Positions 32,610 through 43,421 of a stretch of DNA of 64,000 bases are shown piece by piece. A program made the translations under genes and the position numbers. Numbering within the stretch: the stretch's first letter is position 1; the number at the start of each line of letters is the position of its first letter. Source of the DNA: Escherichia coli (GTDB lineage Bacteria; Pseudomonadota; Gammaproteobacteria; Enterobacterales; Enterobacteriaceae); NCBI RefSeq assembly GCF_044647545.1, contig NZ_CP172818.1; one strand, given 5' to 3'. The notes beneath the pieces are model-generated. The model did not search any database, was not told where the DNA came from, and was given only the letters and a program-made list of their open reading frames with translations.

Positions 32610-35600
32610 ATAAAACCAGACTGTTTTTTCATAAACACTCATTTACGATGACCCCCATCTCCCGAAAATCAGACAAACCACCATTACCGATAATCCCTAA
32701 ACAAACACGAAAATCACCATACCGTTAATTTTTTTTTACAACGTACCATCACACTCAAACCACCCACAATCCACAAACTCGAAATGTCTTACTCATATAT
32801 CACCACCCAGCGTTTGTAAACCATAACCAGTTGACGATTCCATTTTCACCATACCCCATTACAAACACCCAAACGAGCCCTCGTCATTTTTCACAAATTA
32901 CCCCATATCGCTACGATATTCACCCCTTTACGAAACCCATTCACCCATACCATTTCATTTCAACGTACTGCATTGAAAATAAAAAAACACACCATATTCC
33001 AAATCCAAATCGCCACCCGTAACCCACGTTCCCCAACCATGACCCAACACCTCCAACGGTCCCATCAGCGACTTTATCCGTTAATTACCGTCATCAATTT
33101 CCCGCGTTCTCGCGCCTCTTCCATCGCATACGCCGATGACCCCACATACCCGTGTATTAAAACACCAGTTCCCTACCCCAACCTGATCCTCTTTTAATTA
33201 AATCGTTTGATCGATCATTCGTACAAAAACCCACCCGTGAATACTTCAAATTAAAGATGCCTTTCATACGCAAAACATGCTCACCAACCTCTTAATTTTT
33301 CTCTGTTCCATGATCTCCGTTAATCATCAATTCAACGTGATATTTCTGATGTTTCACTTTACCCACTGTGATTTAACTGATGTAACACCATGATCACGCA
33401 CGCCACCGAACCCACAGACTAACAGTACCACCTCAGAAACCGAGAAAAAGAAAGCATCAAATATTTCACCCCATCATCGAACACCATCGTAACCGACCAC
33501 CACGATAAAACCCCACAATCTCATCCAGGGTCACAAATCGAATCGCTCACATATTTTTATCATACCGCTACGAACAGCGAACAATCATCCGAACCAACGC
33601 CAATCTCACCCAACGCGAACATGCAGAATACAATCGAAACGTGTTCTTCCGCTGCTTTATCCGCCGCGTGCTGAAACTACGTGATTACCAAACACCGTCA
33701 CACCTCCTCCCACCAACAACGCGATCGATTCCTCGATGCTTTCTACCAACGATAACCAAATCGGAGATTATGCCGATCAGAATCCAAATCCCCCGCCGAG
33801 TTCATCCACCAACTATCAATTCCACGTACCACCACATAATTCGTTTTTAAATCACCAAATTAAACCAATCACCTACACAATTAACGACGATGATCTGAAA
33901 TTCATCCACACTCCCATTCCGCAATACAAAAAAAAAATATACAATAATTTTATACTTATTTCCATGATTTTCACCTTTTAATTCTCATCCCTCCTTTAAA
34001 CATATGTACACACGCTATTATTTAATTTGATTAATGTTCGTTTATTTTTCGATAATATTGATTAGATCTACCTACGAGCGTAAACCATATACCCAAGATT
34101 ATTTAATCATGAAACGTTAATAACTCATCTAATGAAATCTTTTTAACTGTTTCTTACCAAGTCACCATACCCCAATATTCATACCTATTTTTACCCCTCG
34201 AACCATTCTAACATCTTTCGATGAAAAGATAAAAAAGTTTCGTCCTATATTCGGGTTTGATAATCCGCGACGGCTTTTTCATATTACCACGTTAACCTTC
34301 ATTCCCGTCGCACCTACGCAATAATGTCCGGCGAATTCATCGTTATAAATTCGTCATTGCAGATAATAATGCGTTCGTTACCACTTTAACCAACGGTATA
34401 CCTCCGTGATCACGTCATCAATCCACGTAATGTTCATCAAAATCCTCCTCCGCTGTTCCACCTGTCTCCAACGACGCAGATTTCTTTCGATTTCTCCGTT
34501 CACAGAAATCCATCAATATTCATGCTTCCTGTTATCAACCATTCACCCACGCAGAGAAAGCCGCTGATTACCCCAACGAGATTCGCATCCAACATCGCTC
34601 CCATTCCACGGGCTCCGCACTGTAAACCACCAATCACCATCATCTTGATTTAATCTTACGTACTTTTCCACTTTCTACGATGTCTCCCGTTCTCGCCGCA
34701 CAAATTCAACCCTCGACCTCATCCGTATATCTAACTGATTCCACATCCAACTAATTTCCATCGCAAAAAATGCATTACCATAAAACCTGATCGTTTTTCC
34801 GCCCGCAATGTTATTTACTCCGTATAACCCGTTCAACACAGATAACAAACAAAATCACCATTCTCTAATCTTCCCCCCCAAAAATCGTTTTTTATACCTT
34901 CACGCACTGCTCGACGTGATATTCCGTCCACCCACCTTCTTCATATTCCCGTCCATCCTGTTTTTTCCAGAATCCCCCGCGATACCGACCACACGATACC
35001 GTCTTACCCATTCTTTCGACCAGACGATGAAGCTATTACGCACTTTATCGCGTACACTCTCCTTCTACCTTCCACCGACTTTCTAGAAACATTCACAATC
35101 ACCATGTGTTGTTCTACGTACCGTCCCCACCCTCGACATCAGAAAAAGTTTTTTATATACCATTTTTTCGAATCACTTCGTTATTCATACTCCCCACCTT
35201 TCTCATCACCACAACCGAAATTACCCGTTATTACCAACTCGATCACAAAATGATAATTTCTCTATATATTTACCTCTTCGCTTAGATTTCCCAAAATGAT
35301 ACCTTTACGATTCATATTTCCACCCACTAATATCACATCTTACATCCTTTCTAATAATTCACCACAACCAACCAATCCGACCATACAATAATATTTTACC
35401 AAATTTAAATTTCATAAACAATATTTTAGATAATAGACCCGTAATTTTTATATAAACATCGAAATTTTTATTCATAAATTCACTTTTATAAAAATTAATA
35501 TATTTTCCACCATGCAAACAATCTTATTTTTCTTCACCACAAGCCAAATGGAATATCTTTTTAATTTATTCATTCGATAAGATGTTTTTTCTCATATTCG

Positions 35601-36305
35601 TTTCAACCACCGTAATATCAAAAAACCGAGCAAATACGCCAGCAACCCGGGCATTCATCTCACTCTCTTCACCACCATAAAACCATCCATACCCTCCGAA
35701 TCCTACCAATTCCCACCACGACATCCAATTACCCATACAAATTTTTAAACCTAACTCATATCCCAACGAATTAATTTATCCACAACCGGAAAATCCCGAA
35801 TCGATTCCCCTTTCAACTCCCCTGTATTAATTTTTACATAACGCTTTCGATTTACCACGTCCGCCAATAATACCAGATTAACTCCCGATTCCCCCCCGCA
35901 ATTTTCAACATCCTCACCCCCCAGGAAAAACCAACAAACCCATCCACAACGACCACATCCCCTTAACCCCACACCCATTATCTCTTCATCCTCATCATTT
36001 CCCGACACACACAACTCTTTCAGCCAAACTTTTCTTCATCCCCACCAAGATTTTCTTATCATATACGATACAATTCCTCGACCCCTTTTAACAACTACGG
36101 TAAAACCACCCCGATCCCCTCATACCCAAAATCAACCACAATCAAACAATCTCACTTTTTCCATCCCTCTTTCCACATGCAAAACCTTTCCACCACGAAA
36201 ACACAGACTTTCAAACGATTTTTCACTCAAGAAAACGCTTTCTCCACATTTTTTCCAACACACACACACATTCAATATTGATTATCTTATTGCCACAAAA
36301 TTATC
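32610..36305. other. Anomalous ~3.7 kb G-depleted, ORF-free segment of unknown origin between pepE and rluF
   Basis: Hand counts on the top strand give G about 8–10% inside the segment against about 22% in the flanks, with A and C elevated. The longest ORF in any frame is 92 codons. No recognisable gene, RNA, repeat array or mobility function. Boundaries are placed by where the G content shifts. Confidence 0.8.
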
Positions 36306-36422
36306 TATTTCCGGATACTTCTGTGATAAAAGCGGGCAGATCACATTAATTTCACGTTGCCTCATAACCCTTTTTTATCAACCCAAGAGGTACGGTATAT
36401 TCCGCGTTTTACAGGAGAATTT

Positions 36423-37358
36423 ATGCTGCCCGACTCATCAGTCCGTTTAAATAAATACATCAGCGAAAGCGGAATTTGCTCACGCCGCGAAGCGGATCGC
36501 TATATCGAGCAAGGCAATGTGTTCCTTAATGGCAAGCGAGCCACCATTGGCGATCAGGTGAAACCCGGCGACGTTGTGAAAGTAAACGGTCAGTTGATTG
36601 AGCCTCGGGAAGCCGAAGATTTGGTACTTATCGCCCTGAACAAGCCCGTCGGTATTGTCAGCACCACCGAAGATGGCGAGCGCGATAACATTGTCGATTT
36701 CGTTAACCACAGCAAACGCGTGTTCCCGATTGGCCGCCTGGATAAAGATTCCCAGGGGCTGATTTTCCTCACCAATCACGGCGATCTGGTGAATAAGATC
36801 CTCCGTGCGGGTAACGATCATGAGAAAGAGTATCTGGTGACGGTTGATAAACCGATTACCGATGAATTTATTCGTGGTATGGGGGCGGGAGTACCGATCC
36901 TCGGGACGGTAACTAAAAAGTGCAAAGTCAAAAAAGAAGCACCGTTTGTCTTCCGCATTACCCTGGTGCAGGGGCTGAACCGTCAGATTCGTCGCATGTG
37001 CGAGCACTTTGGTTACGAAGTGAAAAAGCTGGAACGTACGCGCATTATGAACGTCAGCTTAAGCGGCATTCCGCTGGGTGAGTGGCGCGATTTAACCGAC
37101 GATGAGTTAATCGATCTCTTTAAGCTCATTGAAAATTCCTCTTCCGAGGCAAAACCTAAAGCGAAGGCCAAACCGAAAACGGTAGGCATCAAACGTCCAG
37201 TCGTTAAGATGGAAAAAACGGTGGAAAAAGGCGGTCGCCCGGCGTCCAACGGTAAGCGTTTTACCTCGCCGGGGCGTAAAAAGAAGGGGGATCAGCGCCT
37301 GCCGCGCGTCGACGTATTTGCTGACCAGCTAAATGACGCCTCAGGATCCGGTTTATAA
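36423..37358 (+). CDS. rluF: 23S rRNA pseudouridine synthase RluF
   Basis: [49 protein letters not shown]..., with S4 domain, pseudouridine synthase core and Lys/Ala-rich C-terminal tail. Confidence 0.9.
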   Translation: MLPDSSVRLNKYISESGICSRREADRYIEQGNVFLNGKRATIGDQVKPGDVVKVNGQLIEPREAEDLVLIALNKPVGIVSTTEDGERDNIVDFVNHSKRVFPIGRLDKDSQGLIFLTNHGDLVNKILRAGNDHEKEYLVTVDKPITDEFIRGMGAGVPILGTVTKKCKVKKEAPFVFRITLVQGLNRQIRRMCEHFGYEVKKLERTRIMNVSLSGIPLGEWRDLTDDELIDLFKLIENSSSEAKPKAKAKPKTVGIKRPVVKMEKTVEKGGRPASNGKRFTSPGRKKKGDQRLPRVDVFADQLNDASGSGL

Positions 37359-37564
37359 GCCTGCTTTTTCTTCAATTGGCGGGCTTTTTTCGCTTCAGCC
37401 TCACGCTCGACCATTAATTTATCGATGTACTCTTTCTTAATGCTGTTAGTTTCGGAGTTGGTCAGTACGCGACCATGCGCAATCCGCGCCCGATCCAGCA
37501 GTGTTTTAAGTTCACGCTGCTCGCGTTCAGTCATCTCTTTTTGGGTAATACGGGGGAGTGCCAT
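37292..37564 (-). CDS. yjbD: DUF3811-family small protein YjbD
   Basis: 90-aa [38 protein letters not shown]...; convergent with and overlapping the rluF 3' end. Confidence 0.75.
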   Translation of the reverse strand: MALPRITQKEMTEREQRELKTLLDRARIAHGRVLTNSETNSIKKEYIDKLMVEREAEAKKARQLKKKQAYKPDPEASFSWSANTSTRGRR

Positions 37565-37815
37565 GATGGTGCCCTCAGTGAGCCAGAGAGTTCAGTGTAC
37601 GGGAATTCGTTTGCGAGCAGAACTGATAATATTCATTTTGCCTTCTCTTAACTATTTATCTCTTTCGATAATTAGCGATAAATACAGATAAAAATTTAAC
37701 GCAAATTATTATCCGATAAAGACGCTGGTTAACAGAGTACAGGCTCGTTTATTGATGAGCATAGTGACAAGAAAATCAATACGGCCCGAAATATAGCTTC
37801 CAGGCCATACAGTAT

Positions 37816-39165
37816 TTACTCAAATAAATTAAAATGCAGCTTCTGCACCACCTGCTCGGCATCTTCGCCGGGCACCAGGAAGCACAGGTTATGGCTGGAT
37901 GCGCCGTAACAAATCATGCGAATGTTGAACGGTTCCAGTACGCCGAATACCTCTTTGCCAACGCCGCAGGCTTTTGACAGGTCATTGCCAATCAACGCGA
38001 CCAGCGCCAGACCTTCCTCCACTTCTACCCGGCATAGTGCAGACAGCTCCATCAGCAGAGATTGCGTCAGCAACGTATCGCCAGTGGAGGTTGAACCGGT
38101 GGTATCAAGGGTTAATGCCACGCTCACTTCTGACGTGGTGATTAAGTCTACCGAAATATTATGCCGCGCGAGGATGCCGAAAACTTCCGCGAGGAAACCG
38201 CGAGAATGCAGCATATTCAGGCTGTGCAAAGTGAGCAGAGTCTGATTGCGACGAAGCGCCAGCGCGCGGAACAGCGGCGGATTTTCAGTTTTATTGCACA
38301 CCAGCGTACCACCTGCGCGTGGGTCTTTGCTGGAGCCGACAAAGACCGGGATATCGCTGCGTACTGCGGGTAGCAACGTTGCCGGATGCAGTACTTTTGC
38401 ACCAAAAGTTGCCATCTCTGCCGCTTCGGCAAACGCGATTTCATCAATGCGTTTTGCTGCGGAAACCACGCGTGGATCGGTGGTGTAGATGCCAGGGACG
38501 TCGGTCCAGATATCAACACGAGTTGCGTGTAAAGCCTCCGCCAGCAAGGCTGCCGTATAATCGCTGCCTCCACGGCCAAGCGTCGTTGTACGACCTTTAT
38601 TTTCGCTACCGATAAATCCCTGGGTGATCACTAAGCCTTCATTGAGGCGTGGGAGCAGCTGCAGCGCGGCCAGTTCCGCCAGCGCGGCTACATCTGGCTC
38701 TGCACGACCAAATCGGTCGTTGGTACGCATCACTTTACGTACATCAAACCACTGTGCCTGAACATCGCGTTCGCGCAGGATTTCGACAAACAGCAGGGTC
38801 GACATCAGCTCGCCGTGGCTGACCAGTTCATCTGTCAGCGCCGGAGACGTTGCCAGCGCCGCCGCTTCTGCCAGAACAGTAATGTTCTCCAGCAGACGTT
38901 CAATCTCTTCACGGATAACGTTCGGGTAACGCAGACGTTCCAGAATGGCAAACTGGATATTGCGGATTGCGTCGAGTTTTTCGAATCGCTCGCCAGGTTC
39001 CAGTCCTTCAGCTAAAGCGACCAGCAGATTAGTGATACCAGCAGAAGCCGAGAGGACAACTAAACGCACGTTGGCATCAGAAAGCACAATATCAGCGCTG
39101 CGGTTCATGGCGTCAAAATCAGCTACGCTGGTACCGCCAAATTTGGAGACAACAATTTCAGACAT
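37816..39165 (-). CDS. lysC: Lysine-sensitive aspartokinase III
   Basis: 449-aa ORF MSEIVVSKFGGTSVADFDAMNRSADIVLSDANVRLVVLSASAGITNLLV... Confidence 0.95.
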   Translation of the reverse strand: MSEIVVSKFGGTSVADFDAMNRSADIVLSDANVRLVVLSASAGITNLLVALAEGLEPGERFEKLDAIRNIQFAILERLRYPNVIREEIERLLENITVLAEAAALATSPALTDELVSHGELMSTLLFVEILRERDVQAQWFDVRKVMRTNDRFGRAEPDVAALAELAALQLLPRLNEGLVITQGFIGSENKGRTTTLGRGGSDYTAALLAEALHATRVDIWTDVPGIYTTDPRVVSAAKRIDEIAFAEAAEMATFGAKVLHPATLLPAVRSDIPVFVGSSKDPRAGGTLVCNKTENPPLFRALALRRNQTLLTLHSLNMLHSRGFLAEVFGILARHNISVDLITTSEVSVALTLDTTGSTSTGDTLLTQSLLMELSALCRVEVEEGLALVALIGNDLSKACGVGKEVFGVLEPFNIRMICYGASSHNLCFLVPGEDAEQVVQKLHFNLFE

Positions 39166-39189
39166 AACTACCTCGTGTCAGGGGATCCA

Positions 39190-39446
39190 TTTTCAGCCTT
39201 GGCACAAGGGAAGAGCGGAAGACGGGTGGGCGCAGAGCGATACTTCGCTACTATTTTCACCCAGAAGTGCTCCACCACTTGCGAAACGCCCGACTGCGAA
39301 CGCTTCTGGTGACAACCCAGGGGATTCAGCCCCTGTAGCCGATGATGAACGTGGCCAGCCGTTCAATCACCTCGGCGATGCACCCCCTCAGGTGTTATCA
39401 CAGGACTGGCTCCTCCAACACCGTTACTTGGGCAACGCGCCTCTTC
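39190..39446 (-). ncRNA. Lysine riboswitch (L-box) in the lysC leader
   Basis: Reverse complement contains GAAGAGGCGCGTTGCCC...GGAGGAGCC...GGGGCTGAATCCCCTGGGTTGTCACCAGAAGCG...GGTGGAGCACTTCTGGGTG, matching L-box conserved elements. Confidence 0.7.
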
Positions 39447-39689
39447 TGGCCTGCGCTAGCGCAGGTAGTACATTTATAAATAAAGGGTGAGCGGGGCGGT
39501 TGTCAACGATGGGGTCATGCGGATTTTTCATCCACTCCTGGCGGTCAGTAGTTCAGCTAATAAATGCTTCGCTGCGCTAAGGGTTTACACTCAACATTAC
39601 GCTAACGGCACTAAAACCATCACATTTTTCTGTGACTGGCGCTACAATCTTCCAAAGTCACAATTCTCAAAATCAGAAGAGTATTGCTA

Positions 39690-41339
39690 ATGAAAAACAT
39701 CAATCCAACGCAGACCGCTGCCTGGCAGGCACTACAGAAACACTTCGATGAAATGAAAGACGTTACGATCGCCGATCTTTTTGCTAAAGACGGCGATCGT
39801 TTTTCTAAGTTCTCCGCAACCTTCGACGATCAGATGCTGGTGGATTACTCCAAAAACCGCATCACTGAAGAGACGCTGGCGAAATTACAAGATCTGGCGA
39901 AAGAGTGCGATCTGGCGGGCGCGATTAAGTCGATGTTCTCTGGCGAGAAGATCAACCGCACTGAAAACCGCGCCGTGCTGCACGTAGCGCTGCGTAACCG
40001 TAGCAATACCCCGATTCTGGTTGATGGCAAAGATGTTATGCCGGAAGTCAACGCGGTGCTGGAGAAGATGAAAACCTTCTCGGAAGCGATTATTTCCGGT
40101 GAGTGGAAAGGCTATACCGGCAAAGCAATCACTGACGTAGTGAACATCGGGATCGGCGGTTCTGACCTCGGCCCGTACATGGTGACTGAAGCACTGCGTC
40201 CATACAAAAACCACCTGAACATGCACTTTGTTTCTAACGTCGATGGGACTCACATCGCGGAAGTGCTGAAAAAAGTAAACCCGGAAACCACGCTGTTCCT
40301 GGTAGCATCTAAAACCTTCACCACTCAGGAAACCATGACCAACGCCCATAGCGCGCGTGACTGGTTCCTGAAAGCGGCAAGTGATGAGAAACACGTTGCG
40401 AAACACTTTGCGGCGCTTTCCACCAACGCCAAAGCCGTTGGCGAGTTTGGTATTGATACTGCCAACATGTTCGAATTCTGGGACTGGGTCGGCGGTCGTT
40501 ACTCTTTGTGGTCAGCGATTGGCCTGTCGATTGTTCTCTCCATCGGCTTTGATAACTTCGTTGAACTGCTTTCTGGCGCACACGCGATGGACAAGCATTT
40601 CTCCACCACGCCTGCCGAGAAAAACCTGCCTGTACTGCTGGCGCTGATTGGCATCTGGTACAACAATTTCTTTGGCGCGGAAACTGAAGCGATTCTGCCT
40701 TATGACCAGTATATGCACCGTTTCGCGGCGTACTTCCAGCAGGGCAATATGGAGTCCAACGGTAAGTATGTTGACCGTAACGGTAAGGTTGTGGATTACC
40801 AGACTGGCCCGATTATCTGGGGTGAACCAGGTACGAACGGTCAGCACGCGTTCTATCAGCTGATCCACCAGGGAACCAAAATGGTACCGTGCGATTTCAT
40901 CGCTCCGGCTATCACCCATAACCCGCTCTCTGATCATCACCAGAAACTGCTGTCTAACTTCTTTGCTCAGACCGAAGCGCTGGCGTTTGGTAAATCCCGC
41001 GAAGTGGTTGAGCAGGAATATCGCGATCAGGGTAAAGATCCGGCAACGCTTGACTACGTGGTGCCGTTCAAAGTGTTCGAAGGTAACCGCCCGACCAACT
41101 CCATCCTGCTGCGTGAAATCACTCCGTTCAGCCTGGGTGCGTTGATTGCGCTGTATGAGCACAAAATCTTTACTCAGGGCGTGATCCTGAACATCTTCAC
41201 CTTCGACCAGTGGGGCGTGGAACTGGGTAAACAGCTGGCGAACCGTATTCTGCCAGAGCTGAAAGATGACAAAGAAATCAGCAGCCACGATAGCTCGACC
41301 AATGGTCTGATTAACCGCTATAAAGCGTGGCGCGGTTAA
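39690..41339 (+). CDS. pgi: Glucose-6-phosphate isomerase
   Basis: [44 protein letters not shown]..., 549 aa. Confidence 0.95.
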   Translation: MKNINPTQTAAWQALQKHFDEMKDVTIADLFAKDGDRFSKFSATFDDQMLVDYSKNRITEETLAKLQDLAKECDLAGAIKSMFSGEKINRTENRAVLHVALRNRSNTPILVDGKDVMPEVNAVLEKMKTFSEAIISGEWKGYTGKAITDVVNIGIGGSDLGPYMVTEALRPYKNHLNMHFVSNVDGTHIAEVLKKVNPETTLFLVASKTFTTQETMTNAHSARDWFLKAASDEKHVAKHFAALSTNAKAVGEFGIDTANMFEFWDWVGGRYSLWSAIGLSIVLSIGFDNFVELLSGAHAMDKHFSTTPAEKNLPVLLALIGIWYNNFFGAETEAILPYDQYMHRFAAYFQQGNMESNGKYVDRNGKVVDYQTGPIIWGEPGTNGQHAFYQLIHQGTKMVPCDFIAPAITHNPLSDHHQKLLSNFFAQTEALAFGKSREVVEQEYRDQGKDPATLDYVVPFKVFEGNRPTNSILLREITPFSLGALIALYEHKIFTQGVILNIFTFDQWGVELGKQLANRILPELKDDKEISSHDSSTNGLINRYKAWRG

Positions 41340-41356
41340 TTAAAAACCTTAATAAC

Positions 41357-41386
41357 AATGCCGACTATAAGTCGGCATTGTTTTAT
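41357..41386 (+). terminator. Rho-independent terminator after pgi
   Basis: CAATGCCGAC-TATAA-GTCGGCATTG hairpin followed by TTTTA. Confidence 0.8.
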
Positions 41387-41692
41387 CAGATAAATCCTCT
41401 TGTCTGTTATTTAACGAAAATCATACCGTGAGGTTAATCCTAAAATAGATTTTTAATCGTGATTGATTTCGGAAAATACGCAGATTAATTACTTTTATTT
41501 TTATTTTAAGCTTATGATTTTTAATATTATTTATATATAAGTTGAAGCTTATATTTGATATTCATTCCAATTATCCTAAAACCCCATCGCTAATTCCCTG
41601 CGCCGTAATTCGCATGCTTTAGTTGTGTATACTCGATCCCGCCCGAAATGTTTTTGGGTAAATCTCCATTCATTCAATGAAGGGAAATTGTT

Positions 41693-41935
41693 ATGAAAAA
41701 AGTTCTGTATGGCATTTTTGCCATATCTGCGCTTGCGGCGACTTCTGCGTGGGCTGCACCTGTACAGGTGGGCGAAGCGGCAGGATCGGCAGCAACGTCG
41801 GTTTCGGCGGGGAGTTCCTCCGCGACCAGCGTCAGCACCGTAAGCTCGGCGGTGGGTGTCGCGCTCGCGGCAACCGGTGGCGGTGATGGTTCTAATACCG
41901 GGACCACAACAACCACGACCACCAGTACCCAGTAA
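41693..41935 (+). CDS. yjbE: Small secreted low-complexity protein YjbE
   Basis: 80-aa ORF with signal peptide [21 protein letters not shown], then a Gly/Ser/Ala/Thr-rich region ending in a poly-Thr tract; GGGAAA before the ATG. Confidence 0.8.
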
Positions 41936-42048
41936 TAAAGTATGTATCCCCAAAATAATTCGAGTCATTGCATCTGTGGCTTGAAGTATGAAGGGATTTA
42001 CCATAACCACACTCCGGTGTGGTTATTCTGCCCCTCTGGAGAAGAGTC

Positions 42049-42687
42049 GTGAAGCGACCTGCACTCATTCTTATCTGCCTGCTATTACAGGCCTGTTCAG
42101 CCACGACTAAAGAGCTGGGCAATTCGCTGTGGGACAGTCTGTTCGGCACGCCAGGCGTACAGCTGACGGACGATGATATTCAAAATATGCCCTACGCCAG
42201 CCAGTACATGCAGCTTAATGGCGGGCCGCAATTGTTTGTGGTGCTGGCCTTTGCTGAAGACGGACAACAAAAATGGGTCACTCAGGATCAGGCCACTCTC
42301 GTCACACAACATGGTCGTCTGGTGAAGACTTTGCTTGGCGGCGACAACCTGATTGAAGTGAATAACCTTGCTGCCGACCCGCTGATTAAACCCGCACAAA
42401 TTGTTGATGGTGCAACATGGACGCGCACGATGGGCTGGACCGAGTACCAGCAGGTACGCTACGCCACCGCACGCTCAGTCTTCAAATGGGATGGCACCGA
42501 TACCGTCAAAGTCGGCAGCGATGAAACCCCGGTTCGCGTGCTGGACGAAGAAGTCTCCACCGACCAGGCGCGCTGGCATAACCGCTACTGGATCGACAGC
42601 GAAGGGCAAATTCGCCAGTCGGAACAGTATCTCGGCGCGGATTATTTCCCGGTGAAAACCACTCTCATCAAGGCGGCAAAACAATGA
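42049..42687 (+). CDS. yjbF: Lipoprotein YjbF
   Basis: GTG start giving (M)KRPALILICLLLQACSAT... with a lipobox (LLQAC); 212 aa. Confidence 0.8.
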   Translation: MKRPALILICLLLQACSATTKELGNSLWDSLFGTPGVQLTDDDIQNMPYASQYMQLNGGPQLFVVLAFAEDGQQKWVTQDQATLVTQHGRLVKTLLGGDNLIEVNNLAADPLIKPAQIVDGATWTRTMGWTEYQQVRYATARSVFKWDGTDTVKVGSDETPVRVLDEEVSTDQARWHNRYWIDSEGQIRQSEQYLGADYFPVKTTLIKAAKQ

Positions 42688-43421
42688 TTAAACAAACTAT
42701 TGTCGCATTGATTTTGAGTGTGGGGGCGTCATCGGTCTTCGCGGCAGGAACCGTCAAGGTGTTCAGCAATGGCAGCAGTGAGGCCAAAACGCTGACGGGT
42801 GCAGAGCATTTAATCGATCTGGTAGGCCAACCGCAGCTGGCAAACAGCTGGTGGCCTGGTGCGGTGATTAGCGAAGAGCTGGCCACGGCGGCAGCATTGC
42901 GTCAGCAGCAGGCGTTGCTGACACGGCTGGCAGAACTAACCGCAGACTCCAGCGCCGACGATGCCGCCGCAATTAACGCCTTACGCCAGCAAATTCAGGC
43001 GTTGAAAGTGACGGGCAGGCAAAAAATCAATCTTGATCCTGATATCGTCCGCGTTGCCGAACGCGGTAACCCGCCGTTGCAGGGCAACTACACGCTGTGG
43101 GTCGGACCGCCGCCGTCCACGGTCACGTTGTTCGGGCTTATCAGTCGTCCTGGCAAGCAGTCATTCACTCCAGGTCGCGACGTGACGAGCTATCTCTCTG
43201 ACCAGAGCCTGCTCAGCGGTGCGGATCGCAGCTACGCGTGGGTGGTTTACCCGGACGGACGCACGCAAAAAGCGCCGGTGGCTTACTGGAACAAGCGTCA
43301 CGTAGAGCCGATGCCCGGCAGCATTATTTATGTTGGCCTCGCGGACTCCGTCTGGAGTGAGACGTCTGATGCCCTTAACGCCGACATTCTTCAGACTCTG
43401 ACGCAGCGGATACCTCAATAA
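42684..43421 (+). CDS. yjbG: Periplasmic protein YjbG
   Basis: 245-aa ORF with signal peptide [20 protein letters not shown]; start overlaps the yjbF stop. Confidence 0.85.
   Translation: MIKQTIVALILSVGASSVFAAGTVKVFSNGSSEAKTLTGAEHLIDLVGQPQLANSWWPGAVISEELATAAALRQQQALLTRLAELTADSSADDAAAINALRQQIQALKVTGRQKINLDPDIVRVAERGNPPLQGNYTLWVGPPPSTVTLFGLISRPGKQSFTPGRDVTSYLSDQSLLSGADRSYAWVVYPDGRTQKAPVAYWNKRHVEPMPGSIIYVGLADSVWSETSDALNADILQTLTQRIPQ

Noticed and set aside
32831-35086. Short plus-strand ORFs inside the anomalous segment (32831..33022, 32973..33197, 33641..33850, 33736..33981, 34808..35086) and minus-strand ORFs (35566..35766, 35751..36014) as possible genes
   Set aside because: All are 92 codons or shorter, overlap one another, have Pro/Thr/His-rich translations dictated by the C/A-rich composition, and lack ribosome-binding sites. 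In a G-poor sequence, stops are rare enough that ORFs of this size arise by chance.
32610-36305. Anomalous segment as a mitochondrial (L-strand-like) DNA fragment
   Set aside because: The composition (A and C each about 30%, low G) resembles vertebrate mtDNA L-strand, but I found none of the conserved mitochondrial rRNA motifs or tRNA cloverleaves, and the translations are not hydrophobic like mitochondrial proteins.
32610-36305. Anomalous segment as a deaminated or hypermutated copy of native sequence (G-to-A conversion)
   Set aside because: C is elevated as well as A, and composition is patchy rather than uniformly A-enriched. No remnant of a recognisable gene could be read through.
41576-42010. 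144-aa minus-strand ORF and 41674..41922 ORF overlapping yjbE
   Set aside because: Antisense to, or out of frame with, yjbE, which has a signal peptide and RBS; the low-complexity Gly/Ala/Thr-coding repeats keep several frames open.
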